Virus record (IMG/VR): IMGVR_UViG_3300007747_000151
Strand: one strand, 5' to 3'
DNA: 64,000 bases
Origin: an uncultured virus (IMG/VR IMGVR_UViG_3300007747_000151)
Taxonomy: Duplodnaviria; Heunggongvirae; Uroviricota; Caudoviricetes
Both the position numbers and the translations under genes were made by a program. The notes below the pieces were generated by a model. That model did no database searches. It had not been told where the DNA came from and saw nothing but the letters and a program-made list of their open reading frames with translations. Positions 60,201-64,000 of the stretch are shown here, piece after piece (the first letter of the stretch is position 1; every line of letters starts with the position of its first letter).

Positions 60201-63200
60201 TAGCGTTGCGCCCACTCAGACCTGGACGGAGAAAAAATACCGCTGGACGGTCCCGGCTAACTTCCCGCGCGGATATATGCGCCCGTTCCTGCAGGTGAAC
60301 CAGAACGCGCCGTATGGCTCCGTATGGTATGCAACTGATTTCCACTGCCGGGAGATCACCGCCGCGCAGGGTGCGCAGACTGCTGCCGACGCTGCCGCCG
60401 GTGCTGTGACCCAACTGGATGCGAAAGTGACGCAGCAGGGCAACACCATTACCAGCCTGGGCCAGGCGATTACGGCCATCACTGGTCGGGTGTCGAACCT
60501 TGAATCCGGGCAGAGCGCGAACAGCAGCGCAATTCAGTCCCTGACGCAACGAACCACGGCAGCGGAAGGGAAAATTGAAACGAACAGCCAGGCGATCACC
60601 TCCGTCACCGGCGCGGTGAATGCGATGCTCAATCGCGGCGAGAACCTGGCAAACGATTTTAATTTTATGAGCGGATCGGCGCTGTGGGGTGTCCAGGGGA
60701 ATACGCGTAACAAGGTGGAGTTTGGCGACTTTGGCGACGGTAAACCCGGCGTCCAGATGACGCAGCTCGACAGCACGTTGTATACCGGCCTCTTTGCTAA
60801 CCAGAAAGCGCCGCTGCCACACAATACCCCACGCCGCTACCAGGTCATCGTTAAGGCGAAGGGCGTATCCGGCGCGAGGAATTTCATGGTTCGCCGGTTT
60901 AACTACCTGGGGAATGTGGCCGGGACTTATGAAAACTGCCAGTTCTCCGCCACGGATACCTGGGCGACGTACGCCGCTGAGTTTAGCGCGCCATCGTCGG
61001 CGACAGTGGATGGTTCTGTTTTTGCGCTCTACTGCTACCCGAACGCGTCGGTCATTCAGATTGATTACATCGCCATCTATGACATCACCGATGCGGTGGC
61101 CATCGATGCGAATACGTCTGCGGTCACGCAGCTGCAGCAGACGGTCACGCAGCAGGGCCAGGATATTGCTGCGAATGCCAGCGCCACGACCGCCGTTTCT
61201 GCAAGCCTGAATGCAGCAATGGCTGACGTGGATAACAAAATCACGGGCAACCTGATTTTAAACGGGGGATTCGAGCGCGACTTCACCAACTGGACCGCGC
61301 CAGCACAGGCGACAGTGATGTCGGCGCAGAATCCACACAGCGGCAAAAAAATCGTGAAATATGTGGCCGCTACCACCACGACTCTTTTGTCGAATGACAC
61401 AGTTATTACTGCCGTTAAGGGCAGAACGTACAAGTTTGGTGCGTGGCTACGGGCTAAGGCCGGTTCGACTATGCAGCCTAACACGCAGCAGAATAACAAG
61501 GTTCGATTTGCATACCTCGATAACTCTGTAATCCTCGAGGCGCGCTTCGACCCGGCCACAATGCCTACTGGCAGCGTATGGCAGGAGTACAGCAACACGT
61601 ACACCGCCACTAAGGACGGCACCATGTCGGTCAGCATCAACGCGTTTTTGAATGCAGGCGAAATTTATATCGACGATGTGTACGTTATCGATATTACTGA
61701 CCGGGTCGAACTCGATGCCACGGCTGGCGCTGTATCTAACCTGCAGTCGACCGTGACACAGCAGGGAAAAGATATTGCCTCTAATGCCAGCGCGATCACG
61801 TCGGTCAACGCTTCAATCGGTGCGCTGCAGAGCCAGGGATTAAACCCCTGGTGTGATGGTTCCTTTGAGTCATACACCGCAAACCAGCAACTGGGCAGCA
61901 GCTCGCTGGCGCGCGTCTCGACAGATGTTTACCGCAATGGCCAGAAGTCGCTCAAAATCACGCGTAACAACGGCGAGAACGGCAACAGCGACAAGATGAT
62001 CGGAAACTGGCTTGCTGTTCGCGGTGGCGGTAAGTATCGGTTTTCTCTCTGGGCTTACATGGCCAGTGATATGTCGACACCGAACGGCTGGAATGTGTCT
62101 GTCGGCCTCTTTGCTCGCGGAGAGAATGGCGGCGCAAACCAGTGGCCGGAAGCCGTCCGTATCTCCGAGACAAACATCTCGCGCGGCAAATGGGTTCTCC
62201 TGACGGGAGTAGCGACCGTTGGTGCCGACCGGAGCATTGCGCAGATGTGGATCTCCACCAGGGGGCCGAACGGTGGAGCCGGTTATTCGCTGTATCTGGA
62301 CGATATCAGCATTGTCGATGTGACCGACGCACAGGAGGCGCAGGATACCGCCACTGGCGCCGCGAACGCCGTTACCCAGCTGACTGCTACCGTGACCCAG
62401 CAAGGGAAGGATATCACCGCGCAGGCAGGGCAAATCACCAGCCTCGGCTCGCGTGTGGGTGATGCAGAGTCGCGTATCACGAAGCAGGACGAAACCATTG
62501 CATCTAACGGCCTGGCGATGGCGAACGGCTTTAACCAGATTCGCAGCATGATTGGCGACAATAGCGCGGCAATCACCACGACGAACAAAACCGTTGCCGA
62601 CCTGGAAAAATCAACCACGGAGCAAATCACCACGCTGACCTCGCAGGTCGGGGATATGTCTGCAACCGTTCAGCAGACGGCATCCACCGTGGCGGATTTA
62701 AACGGCCAGTTGGGAGCGCAGTGGGGCGTGAAGGTCAGCACGTCTTCAGGTGGAAATAACTACGTGGCTGGTCTTCAGCTGGGGATTAATGGCAGCGGCC
62801 AGTCACAGTTCCTGGTCCAGGCTGATACGTTTGGCGTTTATGTGCCTAACGGCGATCAAAAAAATATGGTCTTCGGTATCGACGGGAACGGCGCTTATTT
62901 TCAGCAGGCGATGGCTCGTAACCTGGTTATCGATTTCGCGCAAATCTCCGACAACATCCGCTCGACGAACTACCAGCCAGGCCAGGCGGGTAAAGGGTGG
63001 AGCATCTCGAAAGGCGGCGGCGCGGAGTTCAACGACGTAACGGTCCGCGGTAGGGTATTCGCGACGGACGGCGTATTTACCGGCACCGTACGTGCCAATG
63101 ATGGTTACTTTAACGGCACCGTGTACGCGTCGCGGATCGAGGGTGACGTTGGCTCGTTCGCAATCAACTGTTACAAGGCCACGTACAACCGTGTGCCAAA

Positions 63201-63633
63201 AGCAACATGGCAGTGGTGGGATCTTCTGCGTATTCGTAAGCAGGGATTTGATCAAGTAGTCGATATCAAAGGCGCATTACGTCAGGCGGATAAGTACGGC
63301 GACCTTCGTGCTGGTATGTCTTATCAGTCCGGCGCGGATGGCGGACTCAATCCGGGCTACGTAGGGTACGCAATACTTATGCGCCCAGGTGGCGATACTT
63401 CCGGCGGTGGGCCGATGACAACGGCGATATCTATTGACGGACAAATATTTTGGTCGTCAAAGGAAGGGTACGCGACGATAGAAAGTCTCCGCTTTATTGT
63501 ACCGGCTGGAACTGGTGATGCGATTGTCCGCTTCGGATGTTATCTCGACCGTAACGGTTCAATGGAACTTCGTACTTTGATGCGCTTCGACGCTTTTGTC
63601 GCGCGCAACAGTAACGCGATAAGCCTACTTTAA
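54280..63633 (+). CDS. Giant central tail fibre / host-specificity protein J (3117 aa)
   Basis: Lambda J-like N-terminus (ALGEGE, YPNTAL, WTDNPAWIFYDL), FnIII-like domains, repeated coiled-coil/beta-sandwich units, DUF1983-like region near the C-terminus. Confidence 0.92.
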   Translation: MANIIKGRKGGSSKQRTPTEQPDDLQSIAKAKILVALGEGEFAGSLTGKDIYLDGTPIENADGSQNFSGVAWEFRPGTQAQNYIQGIPGTENEISVGTDISSQTAWTHTFTNTQLSAIRLRLKWSALFTQEDDGDLVGNTVKYAIDLQTDGGSWQTVVDTAVTGKTTSGYERSHRIDLPRAGATWTVRLRKLTPDANSAKIGDNMALLSYTEVIDAKLRYPNTALLYIEFDSSQFNGSIPQISCEPRGRVIRVPDTYDPETRSYTGTWTGSFKWAWTDNPAWIFYDLVVSDRFGLGNRLTAANIDKWMLYQVAQYCDQLVPDGKGGDGLEPRYICNVYIQDRNAAYTVLRDFAAIFRGMTCWNGQQIIALADMPRDIDFTYTRANVIDGKFRYSSSTSKTRYTNALVSWSDPANAYSDAMEPSFVKELVARYGFNQLELTAIGCTRQSEAHRKGLWGILTNNKDRMVTFDVGLDGKIPQPGYVIGVADEMLAGKVNGGRISKVDGRVIILDRDIDANAGDRLQVNLPSGTSQSRTIQSINGRRQVTVTTAFSETPEAESVWAIESDDLFLQQYRVVGVKDNNNGTYTITGTSHDPDKYARIDTGAIIDQRPVSVVPPGNQAPPDGILLTSFSVVNQGIIVETLQANWDAVQNAIAYEAQWRRNDGNWINVPRSSTTSFEVSGIYAGRYLVRVRAINAAEISSGWAYSEEKTLTGKVGEPLPPLALTTVSLTAGIEIRWEFPAGADDTQRTELQYSPDQSGNGAMPLTDLAYPGKQYQQMGLQIATQFWYRARLVDRLGNASPWTDWVHGMASDNVSDYYQQLDDALKGSDTYEELNKGIQDNSAAADAAQQAADAAQGTADQAAKDVAAQGAIVTQQGKDLAANIAKTNDTTNKLAQEVKDRAAGDTATAQKAASDTAAAVAKAETDDAAVAKQAADNLLSAKREVEAAIETTNVTMQNGFDSLAQQMASISAGTGEQFDSLKIWYFDKDNEGWSSDDGGTKPLPTTDDGWILPADAISTMRSPSGAGTLIDGSAYKYLRLRIKKVGNPAWGGRLYWIGADETGWTEGRRLVLPAPDFDPATGISTIAIPDIPWQASGTIRRLRLDFSQGGAADADNYYAVDWLAVGRPTPGASQAQIQDLKTAMTAADSAEALARNQLAVQLRGNEEGTDPNKLVSGLIFEERKIRVTAEKAIGSRVDTLRVDYDKSTAAATQRMDTLASDLQSTASKTDQVAADLVSANGVIAGHTLAIQKIEGDVQTIDGKVQANASQIAGVESKVDNIRIGGVNLIPNSGELTGKSPSATERYRGNAVRILTRAAGATDFAVLDYTLAAPVDGTEYVLSFYAKAKTDKTPVRCFLNTPDATIRAETSQGVIVERPAGYNGDVTVTLSTSWSRYWVKYKRKPGLSGTAYLVVARLDGAAAAREAWISSPMFESGNIVSDWSQAPADSASSDAVQQLTTRVTTAENTLATTAQQTTALKSQITTGNLLLNGDLINKADNWQLSGTGAGAPVYDAVMKGLTTTEPAMRIANGTKIPVEAGQVLTLTFGFKTDDATISIGTQNFTMGLIENWGDPTNWLVQDNTWFAGITTGYQTRTLTFTIPNDFKGRWCYLRMACGGWTPSTARVYLQGFMLTASNGIAGKADASAVQDLQSQVTKNGDDIATNASAITSLGGRIDATNAEVAKKATTAALDSLKATVTQQGKDITAQAERTTALTNTVNQNKQNADSAIAANGQAISGLSQTVSQQGDRITSQGQQITQVSNKVDTVNTDLGKRIDQKADNKTVQDLSATVTQQGKDITAANQAITSLKGRVSTVEEGLAKAATADAVSKLDTRVTNAEGKIESQGTAITGINVALNSQTAAGGDYILNPTFDPAYPSMGFTRRDTVDSNDDDGIPYDADIPAGAPRRYVARLASRDHQLNTPPWPVKAGQVFEISVWVAAKAGSNAAFNMYIGSATGPNTGAVAYAALPGSVAPTQTWTEKKYRWTVPANFPRGYMRPFLQVNQNAPYGSVWYATDFHCREITAAQGAQTAADAAAGAVTQLDAKVTQQGNTITSLGQAITAITGRVSNLESGQSANSSAIQSLTQRTTAAEGKIETNSQAITSVTGAVNAMLNRGENLANDFNFMSGSALWGVQGNTRNKVEFGDFGDGKPGVQMTQLDSTLYTGLFANQKAPLPHNTPRRYQVIVKAKGVSGARNFMVRRFNYLGNVAGTYENCQFSATDTWATYAAEFSAPSSATVDGSVFALYCYPNASVIQIDYIAIYDITDAVAIDANTSAVTQLQQTVTQQGQDIAANASATTAVSASLNAAMADVDNKITGNLILNGGFERDFTNWTAPAQATVMSAQNPHSGKKIVKYVAATTTTLLSNDTVITAVKGRTYKFGAWLRAKAGSTMQPNTQQNNKVRFAYLDNSVILEARFDPATMPTGSVWQEYSNTYTATKDGTMSVSINAFLNAGEIYIDDVYVIDITDRVELDATAGAVSNLQSTVTQQGKDIASNASAITSVNASIGALQSQGLNPWCDGSFESYTANQQLGSSSLARVSTDVYRNGQKSLKITRNNGENGNSDKMIGNWLAVRGGGKYRFSLWAYMASDMSTPNGWNVSVGLFARGENGGANQWPEAVRISETNISRGKWVLLTGVATVGADRSIAQMWISTRGPNGGAGYSLYLDDISIVDVTDAQEAQDTATGAANAVTQLTATVTQQGKDITAQAGQITSLGSRVGDAESRITKQDETIASNGLAMANGFNQIRSMIGDNSAAITTTNKTVADLEKSTTEQITTLTSQVGDMSATVQQTASTVADLNGQLGAQWGVKVSTSSGGNNYVAGLQLGINGSGQSQFLVQADTFGVYVPNGDQKNMVFGIDGNGAYFQQAMARNLVIDFAQISDNIRSTNYQPGQAGKGWSISKGGGAEFNDVTVRGRVFATDGVFTGTVRANDGYFNGTVYASRIEGDVGSFAINCYKATYNRVPKATWQWWDLLRIRKQGFDQVVDIKGALRQADKYGDLRAGMSYQSGADGGLNPGYVGYAILMRPGGDTSGGGPMTTAISIDGQIFWSSKEGYATIESLRFIVPAGTGDAIVRFGCYLDRNGSMELRTLMRFDAFVARNSNAISLL

Positions 63634-63663
63634 CAGGAGGGGTCCTTCGGGACCCTTAACAAT

Positions 63664-64000
63664 ATGGCGATAATTAGTGACGAATTAGCGGCCAGCATCC
63701 AGAAATGTTTCGACCGCACTTATGTGGATTTAGCAAATCAACAGCAGTTTTTATTTGGAGCCGGGAACGTGACGGTCACGAAGCCGGACGGTACAACGGG
63801 GACGGTAAAATCGTGGGCGCAGTTCCTGAGCGAATACGCCACGCGACAGCAGAACATCGACACAGCGCTGAAGGACGTAGCGAAGACGACGGCGACCAAC
63901 ACGTGGACGCAGGCGCAGACGTGGAATGTAAGCAGCACCTTTAAAAACAACCTCACGGTCGACAAGAACCTAACGGTTAACGGAAATTTAAACGGCGTAC
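63664..64000 (+). CDS. Side tail fibre / tailspike-like protein (5' part only)
   Basis: Open frame MAIISDELAASIQKCF...GNVTVTKPDGTTGTVKSW...TNTWTQAQT running off the window; follows J. Confidence 0.7.
   Translation, partial: MAIISDELAASIQKCFDRTYVDLANQQQFLFGAGNVTVTKPDGTTGTVKSWAQFLSEYATRQQNIDTALKDVAKTTATNTWTQAQTWNVSSTFKNNLTVDKNLTVNGNLNGV

Larger units (their letters stand above)
23413..64000. mobile_element. Lambdoid cos prophage integrated at ssrA (continues beyond the window)
   Basis: Ordered int-xis, immunity, replication, Q, lysis, cos, head and tail modules with uninterrupted structural ORFs. Confidence 0.95.

Noticed and set aside
56800..62700. Shufflon or diversity-generating retroelement acting on J
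   Set aside because: No invertase, inverted crossover sites, reverse transcriptase or template/variable repeat pair is visible in the window; the repeats are in-frame coiled-coil linkers.
38759..63255. Many minus-strand and alternate-frame ORFs over head and tail genes
   Set aside because: They are shadows of GC-rich coding genes with no motifs or RBS; only the embedded Rz1-like and G-T frames have independent support.

Overview
Enterobacterial chromosome segment just downstream of the tmRNA gene (ssrA, minus strand; the intact gene is not in the window). Three integrative elements are stacked at this site. (1) A relic of a P4-family element at ~915-1247, reduced to a 48-codon integrase stub and its leader, beside a nucleotidyltransferase gene. 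(2) A ~22 kb CP4-57-like island (~1248-23412): intA, alpA, yfjI, a HUH protein and the yfjP-yfjQ-yfjR-klcA-radC-cbeA/cbtA block, around an AT-rich defence-like cargo. The cargo holds a Menshen-type three-gene operon, an HNH nuclease, a hypothetical gene, a decayed integron-type gene cassette and a DUF4238-like gene. These cargo units are separated by copies of an unnamed ~65-bp double-hairpin repeat. (3) A lambdoid cos prophage from the displaced ssrA 3' fragment (23413) past the window end. It has an SfV/ST64B-like early region, pinholin/SAR lysis genes, a Gifsy-like head, a lambda-like tail, several AT-rich morons and a 3117-aa J protein with about seven carbohydrate-binding-like modules. 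Family assignments come from motif recognition and recalled homologs; no database searches were run.
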